A stretch of 20,000 nucleotides of DNA from an uncultured virus (IMG/VR IMGVR_UViG_3300037419_002114) (lineage: Duplodnaviria; Heunggongvirae; Uroviricota; Caudoviricetes). The notes under the pieces are model-generated. The model was not told the DNA's origin, made no database searches, and saw only the letters and a list, made by a program, of their open reading frames with translations. Positions 1-8,587 of the stretch are shown here, in pieces (the stretch's first letter is position 1; each line of letters opens with the position of its first letter). The translations under genes and the position numbers were made by a program. The stretch lies in IMG/VR virus record IMGVR_UViG_3300037419_002114; one strand, 5' to 3'.

Positions 1-1557
1 GTCATACCCAATGTTCCAATCGCCTGCACCTGAACCGGCTTGGTAATACGTACTATCATTCGAGTCGAACGCTTTCGTTTGGTTATAACTCGCATTTAAG
101 AATCGTGACGCAAACGCTTTGGTCGTATCGGTTGCTTGGTTGATGTTTCGTTGCGTAGAAACACCTGTCACTAAATACGGTGTAATCAATTTGTCTTTTC
201 CACTTGCGATGTTTACTGCGTTCCCTGCGGCTACGGTTACGAGTGTCGAGGTACGTACAGGACTTCCGACAACAGAGCCATTATAAGCGAATGCCCCACC
301 CACTTCTGAAATTTTGTCCAAATACGTTTTATTGGAATGGACATGAATATTACCTATATCCGCAGTCGATACGCTTGAGTTATTCGTCAACTTCGATAAC
401 GTAGTAGAAGCGTTTGAAAGAGCGTCTTGTTTTGCACTAACGAGCGTATTTGTTTTGCTCGCAGATAGTACCGTAGTGGTGCTGGATAAATTGGTGTCAT
501 CAATCGTTGCACCACCTGTACCACCACCTACAACAGACCCATTATAGGTCATCTTTCCTGTTCCATCTTCACCAATCTTCGCAACCTGCGTTGCATTAGA
601 AAGGGTCGTTTGCTTTCCTGCGAGCAAATCAGAGGTGTGTTTAGCCGAGAATACGGTTGTAGTCGAAGTCGCATCTGCATCATTCACGGTAGCCCCACTC
701 GTTCCACCAACCGATGCTCCATTATACGTCAGTTTTCCGCTTCCATCCTCGCCAATTTTAGCAAGTTGTGTAGCGTTCGAAAGTGTTCCTTGTTTGTTAT
801 CAAGAGCAATTTGAAGTCCGCTTACATCACCAATGACATGTTGATGACCAGTATCGGATTTCCCTGCCAATAAATCAGACGTGTGCTTTGCGGAGAAAAC
901 AGTTGTAGTAGAAGTCGCATCCGCATCGTTCACGGTAGCACCGCTTGTTCCGCCACCAACGGCCGAACCATTATACGTCAGTTTTCCGCTTCCATCTTCG
1001 CCAATTTTTGCTACTTGTGAAGCATTCGCTAAAGCGTCTTGTTTGTTACTTAAAGCGTTTGAAAGTCCAGTAACATCAGAGATGGCATGCGTATGACTCA
1101 CGTTTGCTTTGCCTAAAAGCGTATCATTAAGCGAGATGATATCGCCTGCATTATGCGTATGCGTTTTTGGTGCATACGTAGCATCTGCACTTGTTTTCGT
1201 AGGGTAACGATTATCAAGGTCAGTGTACGTAATGCCTGTATCTTGCCACGAAACTACGCCACCAACGATATTTGCTGCCATGAACTTATTCACATCTTCA
1301 ACATAACGAAGTTCGTCTTGCATTACGCCAGTTGTCGGAAGAGCAGAAGCCGTTCCTACATGAATAATACCACCACCGCTAGATTGAGTAGAACCAGTTC
1401 CACCAGGAACAAATGCATCATAGGTTTGAGAAGTAGTGTTCCAAAGCATAATTTTGTTCGTTGCCGTATCAACATAAATTTTGCCTGCCGTACCTATTGC
1501 TTGAGAATCATAGTTTTGTACATTTGAAGTTGCTGAACGTCCAAATCCAAAAGGCAT
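1..1557 (-). CDS. Large repeat-rich fibre/appendage-like protein (3'-truncated by window edge; >=519 aa)
   Basis: Absent from the ORF track because it has no stop inside the window. ATG at 1557 follows RBS AAAAGGAGGG. Manual translation MPFGFGRSATSNVQNYDSQ... stays open to position 1. Contains HxH fibre-type motifs (KTHTHNAGDI, SHTHAISDVTGL, GHQHVIGDVSGL, IHVHSNK) and three ~60-aa repeats. Ends in KAFDSNDSTYYQAGSGAGDWNIGYD, resembling the start of a discoidin (F5/8C) domain. Confidence 0.8.
   Translation of the reverse strand, partial: MPFGFGRSATSNVQNYDSQAIGTAGKIYVDTATNKIMLWNTTSQTYDAFVPGGTGSTQSSGGGIIHVGTASALPTTGVMQDELRYVEDVNKFMAANIVGGVVSWQDTGITYTDLDNRYPTKTSADATYAPKTHTHNAGDIISLNDTLLGKANVSHTHAISDVTGLSNALSNKQDALANASQVAKIGEDGSGKLTYNGSAVGGGTSGATVNDADATSTTTVFSAKHTSDLLAGKSDTGHQHVIGDVSGLQIALDNKQGTLSNATQLAKIGEDGSGKLTYNGASVGGTSGATVNDADATSTTTVFSAKHTSDLLAGKQTTLSNATQVAKIGEDGTGKMTYNGSVVGGGTGGATIDDTNLSSTTTVLSASKTNTLVSAKQDALSNASTTLSKLTNNSSVSTADIGNIHVHSNKTYLDKISEVGGAFAYNGSVVGSPVRTSTLVTVAAGNAVNIASGKDKLITPYLVTGVSTQRNINQATDTTKAFASRFLNASYNQTKAFDSNDSTYYQAGSGAGDWNIGYD
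430..1045 (-). repeat. Three imperfect intragenic ~60-aa repeats (KQxxLxNAxQxAKIGEDGxGKxTYNGxxVGG..GATxxD...STTTVxSA)
   Basis: Seen directly in the translation and in DNA, e.g. ccattatacgtcagttttccgcttccatc occurs at about 719 and 968. Boundaries are approximate. Confidence 0.85.
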
Positions 1558-1576
1558 GTTCTTGCCCTCCTTTTAA

Positions 1577-1876
1577 TTAAGATAGAAATACAATAGTTGT
1601 AGGCGTAGGAGAAGCAGTTGTTACTTTCACAGTTACCGATTCAAGGTCAACAAACGGCTCTAAACTTGCCCCTTCACCCATCGGAATGAAATCTCCGCCA
1701 TTAAAACTCACTTCAATTACGGCACTGCATTTAATAATGTTCACTGAAAATGCTCCAAATGGAACAGTTACAACATGGTCACCAGTAGCTGAAGAATCCA
1801 AGTCAACACGAGAAACCTTCGAAATACCGGATAGAATGACACGATTATTTTGATCGACTTTTTGAACGTATGCCAT
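1577..1876 (-). CDS. Hypothetical 99-aa beta-rich protein, possibly a fibre adaptor or partner
   Basis: Strong RBS (TAAGGAGG) before the ATG. Alternating hydrophobic, beta-strand-like pattern. Lies directly upstream of the fibre-like ORF. Confidence 0.75.
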   Translation of the reverse strand: MAYVQKVDQNNRVILSGISKVSRVDLDSSATGDHVVTVPFGAFSVNIIKCSAVIEVSFNGGDFIPMGEGASLEPFVDLESVTVKVTTASPTPTTIVFLS

Positions 1877-1892
1877 TTTTATTCCTCCTTAG

Positions 1893-1923
1893 AAAAAGTA
1901 AGAGAGGCCAAATTGACCCCTCT
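1893..1923 (-). terminator. Probable intrinsic terminator after the endolysin
   Basis: Minus strand AGAGGGGTCA-ATT-TGGCCTCTCT hairpin followed by TACTTTTTCT, just after the endolysin stop. Confidence 0.6.
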
Positions 1924-1925
1924 AT

Positions 1926-3098
1926 TTATTGAAGTGGTTGACCACTTAAAAAACGAAGCACATTGGCTGCGTCATGAAGTTTGCTTTGAGCGTCTGCATC
2001 TGTTGAAAGACCATATGCTTTTTGAAGAACCAAAAGTCCTGCGTTTGCCGTATCCACATCAAGGACAGGCGGTTTATTCAATCGAAGTGTTTGTCCAACG
2101 AACAAAGCATCGCTAGTGAGTCCATTAAATGCTTTAATATCCGAAATCGCAAGTTTCGTTTTCATTGAAACTGAATAAAGTGTGTCGCCTGCAACGACTG
2201 TATAGATATCCGTTGGTGCTGGCGTTGGGTAGTTATCCCAAATCCACGTTCCATCGGAAATTTGACGAACAGACGAATGATCCCACTTCTTTGCTTCAGT
2301 AATGGCATCCGTTTGTGTGACGAACTCTTGAAGCAATTTTTCGAATTGATATACGCGGTACTGCATCGGTTTTGGAAGCACTTTAATATATTTACCGCTC
2401 ACATATCCGCCTTCCGGACCATACGTTGTTTTATACCAATCTACGCCATCAACCGTATCTTTTTCGATTAGATGAATCTGATCGTTGAGTTTTAGTTGAT
2501 AACGAACCGGAAACGTTGTTCCAAGTCCTGCACGAATGTTTAACGTAGAAGCAGGGTCAATACCAACGACTTGTCCGATATCATCCATTACAACACCTTT
2601 AACGCCATTTAAAAGAATAGCAAGTTCATGACGAAATTGATCCATCGACTTTCCGTGTGCTTGAAAGTATTCGTCTGGATCTGTATGTGTACCGTGGTCT
2701 TGCGGATACATAATCGTTACTTCGTGGTGAGAATATACTTTTTCAACTGGAATTTTCCAACGAGTGCAGATATCACTTGCAAGCCATAAAGCACGATTCC
2801 ACACTTCCGTAAACTTAGTCATTTCGGTAAACTCGCAACATTCCACACCTATCCCGGAGTGGTTAGCAGTATAAAGAGCGTGCCAGGCAATTTCTGTTTC
2901 CGGCACAGTTCGAATGATGGAGGTGTCGTCAACAAAGTAATGAGCACTCGCATTACGATTTCCGGTATTAAACCAGTTAAATTCATTTTGTGCAGTTGCC
3001 CCATTATCTGCCGTTGAGTGAATGACAAGGATTGTTGGGTTTAATGGTTGGTTGCTTCGATTATATGAAATTAATTTTTCAGTAATTTGATATGCCAT
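1926..3098 (-). CDS. Endolysin: N-acetylmuramoyl-L-alanine amidase (Amidase_2-type) with SH3b and LysM cell-wall-binding domains
   Basis: Zn-amidase motifs VIHST, SAHYFVDD, EIAWHA, GIGVE and HTDP. SH3b-like LNIRAGLGT...WYK...GYVSGKYI. LysM YTVVAGDTLYSVS...FNGLTSDALFVGQTLRL. Lies downstream of the holin. Confidence 0.93.
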   Translation of the reverse strand: MAYQITEKLISYNRSNQPLNPTILVIHSTADNGATAQNEFNWFNTGNRNASAHYFVDDTSIIRTVPETEIAWHALYTANHSGIGVECCEFTEMTKFTEVWNRALWLASDICTRWKIPVEKVYSHHEVTIMYPQDHGTHTDPDEYFQAHGKSMDQFRHELAILLNGVKGVVMDDIGQVVGIDPASTLNIRAGLGTTFPVRYQLKLNDQIHLIEKDTVDGVDWYKTTYGPEGGYVSGKYIKVLPKPMQYRVYQFEKLLQEFVTQTDAITEAKKWDHSSVRQISDGTWIWDNYPTPAPTDIYTVVAGDTLYSVSMKTKLAISDIKAFNGLTSDALFVGQTLRLNKPPVLDVDTANAGLLVLQKAYGLSTDADAQSKLHDAANVLRFLSGQPLQ

Positions 3099-3108
3099 TT
3101 TACTTCAC

Positions 3109-3441
3109 CTATTTCCTTTCTTCGAGTTCTTCACGCAGTAAATCAAGTTGTTCACGCAAGATTTTGTTTTCCGCCATCAATTTGGCGTTTTCTTGTTTAA
3201 CCATATTTAATTCGTCCATTAAGTTTTTAATGTCAGCGATCAAATCTTCACGGTCTTTTTCTAAAAACTCAAGGCGATTGGTCATGATGCCCATCTGCAT
3301 GAAAACAGAGTTTAATACTTGTTGATTCGCATCTAACTTATGTTTTTTTCTTGAAATAAAATAGTTTACACCTGCAGTGATAATGACTCCGAAAAATGTA
3401 AACATAGCGGCTTGCATATCCGTAAGGCTACTCCAATCCAC
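3109..3441 (-). CDS. Lysis-cassette membrane protein (N-terminal TM helix plus coiled coil)
   Basis: Hydrophobic AAMFTFFGVIITAGVNYFI followed by basic SRKKHK and a heptad-rich tail. Sits between holin and endolysin. GTG at 3441 follows RBS GGGGGAG (the ORF track starts at 3456). Confidence 0.7.
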   Translation of the reverse strand: MDWSSLTDMQAAMFTFFGVIITAGVNYFISRKKHKLDANQQVLNSVFMQMGIMTNRLEFLEKDREDLIADIKNLMDELNMVKQENAKLMAENKILREQLDLLREELEERK

Positions 3442-3745
3442 TCGTATCTCCCCCATCTGTCAATCCATTCACAAATCTTCCAACGCTTTCTGTCTGTATC
3501 GGTTGTATGATTGAAGGTTCGCTAGATTGCACATTTTCTATTGGTTTTGGTGTTTCTGTTGGCGTTGCATTGTAACTTTTCATAATACCAGTACCCATCA
3601 ATACAAAGGAGAGCAAGTCTACAAGTTGCGTATATAAATCAGTCGGCACGTGAATGCCAAAATGAATTAGGACTTGATAGAGAAAACTAACAACTGCAAG
3701 AATAAAGTACGGATTCTTTAGTCGATTCAGCAGTGCATCTTTCAT
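3428..3745 (-). CDS. Holin (phi LC3-like pattern, two TM segments)
   Basis: ATG at 3745 follows RBS AAGGAGGTG. Sequence NRLKNPYFILAVVSFLYQVL...LVDLLSFVLMGTGI. Lies upstream of the endolysin. Confidence 0.8.
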   Translation of the reverse strand: MKDALLNRLKNPYFILAVVSFLYQVLIHFGIHVPTDLYTQLVDLLSFVLMGTGIMKSYNATPTETPKPIENVQSSEPSIIQPIQTESVGRFVNGLTDGGDTSGLE

Positions 3746-3761
3746 GTTCTCACCTCCTTGT

Positions 3762-3788
3762 AAAAAAAGAGGTGTCCTAAGACACCCC
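3762..3788 (-). terminator. Intrinsic terminator between tail fibre and holin
   Basis: Minus strand GGGGTGTC-TTAG-GACACCTC followed by T7. Confidence 0.8.
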
Positions 3789-3793
3789 ATTCG

Positions 3794-5074
3794 TTATTTA
3801 ACTTGATACCCTTCAAAACTCGTCCAGTGCGTATAAACGCCACGAATCGTAGCGGCATATTGGACGTTTACATAGGCTTCAATTACATCGCCTACTGCAA
3901 TTTTCGTACGAGCCGTTCCACCAAGCATTCGAACGCCATCGTTTGTTCCAGTAGGAGTTGCACCAACAACTTGAATCGGAACACCGTTCTTTTTAATCAC
4001 AGTAGTAAAGAAGTTAGTACCACCTGTATACGTGTTATTGATATACGTATAAAGGGTGAATTCATACGTTCCTGCTTTTGTTGCTGTCCACTTAAAGTTC
4101 GTTTTATCGAACTCATTTAAGTCGTCAAAATCAGTTGTATTAAACGCAACTTTTACGTCTGTGTTAATCGTAGGTGTTTGGTCTGCCGACATATACACTT
4201 TAAAGTTCGTCTTTGTCGATTCAAGAGCCGCTAAGCGTGAACCAACGTTTGCTAGAACTGTTTCAGACGTTTTAGGAGTCGTTGCATTCGGAAACAAATT
4301 ACCACTATCGGCAACCGAGATATACTGTGCTCCAGCGTTTCCTGTCGTAAGAACCGTTTTATAGGTGCTTACGCCATCCCATAACTGCAAAGAACCACTA
4401 GATGCCAAAAGCATTACTTTCGTGCCTTCTACGGTAAATTCCATATTTCCAGGAGTCGTAGAGTTTGCGTTCCAAACGATTTTCGAAAGAGCACCACGTC
4501 CTGCGTCAAAATAGAGAATCGGAACACCGTGTGGTCCGATATAGGCGTTTCCACTAGCGTCTTGTTTTAACTTATTTACAAAGAGTTCGTTTAACGCACC
4601 TTCGACCGTGGTAGAAGCAAAGTTACTGGAAGCGTTTTGAAGCGTAATTTGATCGGAACGAATACGTCCTACTTCTACCCAAACGCTCGATAGGTACACT
4701 TTCAAGACCTTGTAGTTTGCATTCGAAGTATCAAGCCACATATCATTTGCACTAGGACTACTTGGAGCAGACGCTGATTGTGTAATCACTTTTTGCTTTC
4801 CACTTTGAAGAGCAGTAATAGCCGATGCATTTGTGGAGATATTTCCTGTGTTCGTTGCAATATCACTTGTATTCGTACTCACACTTGTTTGCAAAGAACT
4901 AATCGCAGAAGCATTTGTATCGGCTTCTGATTTAGCGAGATTTGCTTTATCTGAAATCGACTTTAAATTACTATCAATCGTTGCAAACGCACTATTAAAA
5001 TCATCCATCAGCACATAATCATTACTAAGCCATTGAGGAAGGCTATAGTTTGTTGTATGGTTAGTTGATGCCAT
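3794..5074 (-). CDS. Tail fibre / receptor-binding protein with C-terminal C1q/TNF-like head
   Basis: N-terminal baseplate-anchoring pattern (TTNYSLPQW...DDFNSAFATID), coiled-coil shaft, APSSPSANDMWLDT motif. C1q-like end FKVYMSADQT...VAFNTTDFD...FD...KWTATKAGTYEF...GDVIEAYV...TSFEGY. Lies directly after the baseplate genes. Confidence 0.85.
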   Translation of the reverse strand: MASTNHTTNYSLPQWLSNDYVLMDDFNSAFATIDSNLKSISDKANLAKSEADTNASAISSLQTSVSTNTSDIATNTGNISTNASAITALQSGKQKVITQSASAPSSPSANDMWLDTSNANYKVLKVYLSSVWVEVGRIRSDQITLQNASSNFASTTVEGALNELFVNKLKQDASGNAYIGPHGVPILYFDAGRGALSKIVWNANSTTPGNMEFTVEGTKVMLLASSGSLQLWDGVSTYKTVLTTGNAGAQYISVADSGNLFPNATTPKTSETVLANVGSRLAALESTKTNFKVYMSADQTPTINTDVKVAFNTTDFDDLNEFDKTNFKWTATKAGTYEFTLYTYINNTYTGGTNFFTTVIKKNGVPIQVVGATPTGTNDGVRMLGGTARTKIAVGDVIEAYVNVQYAATIRGVYTHWTSFEGYQVK

Positions 5075-5085
5075 TCTTCATCCTC

Positions 5086-5652
5086 CTATTTCCAGACTCG
5101 CAGTTGATCCCATGTTAGACCAGAACCGCCATTTTGACTTTTTAAATCGTTCCACGTATGGGTTGAAAGTTCGCCCCATATTAAATACGTATAAATGAAT
5201 GTAAGAGCAAGATGAGCAGGAACAACACGCTCAAGGGAATCTCTTACTAATGTTAGGTTTGAAGGAATTCCACGAGTTCCTACAAAGTGAATCTCGATTT
5301 CATAGTTTGAAAAGTTTTCAACTACATCAATTTCACCATTCACAAAACTTGCCGCAATATTTTGAAGCATAGAAGCATTCACAGTTCCAATTCCTCGCAA
5401 TTTAGCAAGGAGGGCAGATCTTCGCTCATCAACTGTAAGGGAAGTATCTGTTGGAACGTCTAATATGGATTCCCAATAAGAAAGACCCCAAGTTGCAGTC
5501 GAAACAAATAATTGATTCATTAGGTCTTGTACAGAGGTCGAATACGCATCCATCTCTTCGGCTTGACGAGTTAAAATATTCGTTACAGTGTTTGATTCTT
5601 GGTAGTAATCCGGCATGTTTTGAAGCATTGAATCCAAGAGAGGTCTACTCAT
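5086..5652 (-). CDS. Baseplate wedge protein, XkdU/YmfQ (DUF2313)-like
   Basis: Motifs QLFVSTATWGLSYWE, ERRSALLAKLRG and VVPAHL. Follows baseplate J. Confidence 0.9.
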   Translation of the reverse strand: MSRPLLDSMLQNMPDYYQESNTVTNILTRQAEEMDAYSTSVQDLMNQLFVSTATWGLSYWESILDVPTDTSLTVDERRSALLAKLRGIGTVNASMLQNIAASFVNGEIDVVENFSNYEIEIHFVGTRGIPSNLTLVRDSLERVVPAHLALTFIYTYLIWGELSTHTWNDLKSQNGGSGLTWDQLRVWK

Positions 5653-6716
5653 TAGATGGTCACACTCCCTAGAATGGGAACAGTATCACCTGCTAAGATG
5701 ATATTTCCACTACCACCATTCATATTAAATCCAGTTAAATCCACAACGCCAGGAATATTTAAAATCGTAAAAGCAACATGACTGATACGCACTGTTGTAT
5801 CTTTAAACGCAAGTGTTTTAAAATAATCCGCAATCGCAGAATTTACTTGCGTCATCACGCTTGGTTTATCGACACCTGTATCTAAAACCAGCGTTCCAGT
5901 AAAGTTGATCGTGAGTGATTTTGCCGCTTCTACCGTAACACTCGCTCCTACAGGCCGAACTGAATCAACATACGTCTGTACACTCGTAACAAGTGAACTC
6001 GTTGCAGGTGAACCGTTTCCATCAATAACTGCGATACGAACCGTTCCATTGCCGTAAGCAAGCGGAAACACTTTGCAATCACCAACGCCTGCTACCGAAC
6101 GAACCCACTGCACGTATTCATTCGCATTCCCACTTGTCGCTGGAAGCTGAACCTTTTGATAATAGCGGCTCAAAAGTGCCGTATCGCTTTCAGCATCGAC
6201 ACCGCCAGCAAAAGCCGAAGCGTTTGTTACACGAAGTACACCGGATAAATTACCTGTAACCACGGTAATTGTGCCTACTGCCACGTTTCCAAGGATTCCG
6301 CCAACATTGCATTCAGCAGGGGCATCCACGCTACCTTGACCGTTTGAACCAGTTGTAATCGTAGCATCAGCAGTCGTTGTAAACGAGAGGGCACTTGCAT
6401 CTGATGTGTTGCAAACCGTTCCTTTTGGAATCACTTGACCAATGTTTCCACTAAAGGTAAGCGTTCCATTCGACACAACAGAAGGAAGCCGATAAATACC
6501 AACCTCTGCTGCTCGTAAATCCAAAAATACTCCTGTTGCTGTATTTGCAAACCCCATTTTAAAGAGGTATTCAAGGGCTTGATAAAGATTATAGATTTCA
6601 TAAGTAGAAGGATTTAAAAGATCCCAAACTACCGAACCTTCACGTGTATCTAAACTTGCATCCACTTTTGAAAGCATTCGAGTTAAAATCACTTGTGGCG
6701 TTTGATCTTCATACAT
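5652..6716 (-). CDS. Baseplate J/gp47-family protein (XkdT-like)
   Basis: Motifs DTREGSVVWD, TATGVFLDLRA, GGVDAESD, SGNANEY and RPVGASVTV. Confidence 0.93.
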   Translation of the reverse strand: MYEDQTPQVILTRMLSKVDASLDTREGSVVWDLLNPSTYEIYNLYQALEYLFKMGFANTATGVFLDLRAAEVGIYRLPSVVSNGTLTFSGNIGQVIPKGTVCNTSDASALSFTTTADATITTGSNGQGSVDAPAECNVGGILGNVAVGTITVVTGNLSGVLRVTNASAFAGGVDAESDTALLSRYYQKVQLPATSGNANEYVQWVRSVAGVGDCKVFPLAYGNGTVRIAVIDGNGSPATSSLVTSVQTYVDSVRPVGASVTVEAAKSLTINFTGTLVLDTGVDKPSVMTQVNSAIADYFKTLAFKDTTVRISHVAFTILNIPGVVDLTGFNMNGGSGNIILAGDTVPILGSVTI

Positions 6717-7159
6717 TACATGTTCACCTCCTGCGTAAACGTAAATCCATCACGAGTCGTTACATCAAAGGAGATGTACATGCTCGTATCAACGGTTGAA
6801 AATGAAAAGTTTGTTAGGTCAGCGATTCGGTCATCTACCGAAAGAGCATCTTGAATAAGTCGCTGGATTTCTTGCTGAAGAAAAATGGGGGGAAGTTGTT
6901 CGGATAAAACCGATTCAATTTCACTTCCATAATCGGTCGAATACATTAAATACCGATACCTTGGCGTTAGGATTGCTTTGAAAATCGACTGCTTTAACGC
7001 ATCAATGCCGTCAACAAACACGTTTTCAATCTCGCCAGTTTCAAAGTTAATTCGATAGGTTTTACTTGGCGTTAGCGGTTTTGTATTATCTACTAATTGA
7101 GGTTCTTGAACAGGTGTGCTAGAAGCAGTTTGCGTCATTTGAAGAGGTGAAAGTGCCAT
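6716..7159 (-). CDS. Baseplate protein, XkdS (DUF2634)/gp25-like sheath initiator
   Basis: Motifs DGIDALKQSIFKAILTPRYRYLMYSTDYGSE and DALSVDDRI; gene order. Confidence 0.88.
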   Translation of the reverse strand: MALSPLQMTQTASSTPVQEPQLVDNTKPLTPSKTYRINFETGEIENVFVDGIDALKQSIFKAILTPRYRYLMYSTDYGSEIESVLSEQLPPIFLQQEIQRLIQDALSVDDRIADLTNFSFSTVDTSMYISFDVTTRDGFTFTQEVNM

Positions 7160-7434
7160 TAAAACGCCACCACCTTGTCTAAAATTAAGTAGGTTTGTCC
7201 TTTATTCATTTGAACAACCATCACTCGATCCCCTACTTGCATGGTTTGAGAATACGAGTTTAAAAATAAAAGATGGTCTTTCTCTAATGTAAGCCCCACA
7301 TCTTCAAGTTTGATTTGTGGGGGAGATGTTTGGACAATCGTAGCAAACTCAAAAATAAAGGAGTCATTGTAGCCGAACTGTTTAATCAGTTGGACTAACT
7401 GACTCCCACCGGAACCCTGCAGAGGTTCTTTCAT
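7159..7434 (-). CDS. XkdR (DUF2577)-like baseplate protein
   Basis: C-terminal VGDRVMVV...GQTYLILDKV. Lies between the hub and XkdS-like genes. Confidence 0.82.
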   Translation of the reverse strand: MKEPLQGSGGSQLVQLIKQFGYNDSFIFEFATIVQTSPPQIKLEDVGLTLEKDHLLFLNSYSQTMQVGDRVMVVQMNKGQTYLILDKVVAF

Positions 7435-7452
7435 CTACAACAACTCCTTAGA

Positions 7453-8577
7453 TTATTGGGTATTGAGGGAATATCCATAGTTAATACGATTGATAAGTTG
7501 GTCAAGTGGCGTAGGGGCTTTTGATTTACCGCTTCCCTTTGCTTTGTGAATTGCCCATTCTCTCTCTTCCGGTAAGATGATAAATGGCAAATCATCCGTA
7601 GGAGAAATATCAAGCGTCATTTTATATGAGCCGTTTCCATCAATCGTGTGCATATCGGTAATGATATAGTAAGGTCCGTATAGACCAGTAATCGGTTCGT
7701 TTACATACACGCTCTTGCCTGCTAAACATTCTTTCACGCCTAAACTATCGACCGATATGACGATATTAGGTCGTTTCATTTTCTCTAAAACAATGTTAGC
7801 GTGATGTTGAGCACGGTCATTTGGAATGCTTGTTCCGATTGATTCAATATGTTGCATTAAACCGAAGGCTGCAATGCTTTCTTCGTCTTTCGCAATCACA
7901 TACGAATACTTTCCAGTAGGAGAATCTTCGTTTCCTTGCGTTACTTTAATTTGGTTTCGCACTTCTTCGATATCGTAACTTGCGTTCACATGTTCGATAT
8001 TGTAGTTTGACTCTAACACATACGGAACAATTTGCTGAGAACGTTTTAATATGTTGACTTTTCCATCAATCGTTGGCATCCAAAAACTATCACCTGTTTC
8101 AAGACGAGTTTCCGTAAACAACTCTTGAGCCATATCCCAAATTGATTTTTCACGAATAATGTGCTTTGAAAAAACATACCCAGTATCATCAATTTGGCCT
8201 GTTGGAATGCCATATTCTCTACATAACTGTTCAATAAATTGGCTTGCCGTTTGCCCATTAACCACACGCGAATCTTCGTTGTTGGTTAGATACTTTCCTT
8301 CATCAAAAGCATCCATTTTCCCTGTTCCGTTTGTATCCATCTCTACTCGAAACACAACGCCACGAAACACTTCTTCGCCATCTAAAAAAAGAGAAAGCCT
8401 TTTCCCTGCTTGAAAGTTGAAAAGGCGTGTGTTCCATGTGTTCGGATCAATATTGGCATAGGTTACAGAAATTTTTCGAGCGGCTTGTTTTAAATCCCCA
8501 CTCCATTGAACGTTTTGAAGAAGTTGATCTAAATGATATTCAACTCCATCTTGGTAATAAACAACATCCACATTCAT
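7453..8577 (-). CDS. Baseplate hub protein, XkdQ/YqbQ-like
   Basis: Motifs VQWSGDLKQAARK, EVFRGVVF, DEESIAAFGLMQ and ITGLYGPYYIITDMHT; gene order. Confidence 0.88.
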   Translation of the reverse strand: MNVDVVYYQDGVEYHLDQLLQNVQWSGDLKQAARKISVTYANIDPNTWNTRLFNFQAGKRLSLFLDGEEVFRGVVFRVEMDTNGTGKMDAFDEGKYLTNNEDSRVVNGQTASQFIEQLCREYGIPTGQIDDTGYVFSKHIIREKSIWDMAQELFTETRLETGDSFWMPTIDGKVNILKRSQQIVPYVLESNYNIEHVNASYDIEEVRNQIKVTQGNEDSPTGKYSYVIAKDEESIAAFGLMQHIESIGTSIPNDRAQHHANIVLEKMKRPNIVISVDSLGVKECLAGKSVYVNEPITGLYGPYYIITDMHTIDGNGSYKMTLDISPTDDLPFIILPEEREWAIHKAKGSGKSKAPTPLDQLINRINYGYSLNTQ

Positions 8578-8587
8578 TCTAGCTCAC

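Noticed and set aside
430..1045. CRISPR array or DGR template/variable repeat
   Set aside because: The repeats are in-frame protein repeats varying mainly at synonymous positions. There are no spacers, no evident adenine-specific pattern and no reverse transcriptase in the window.
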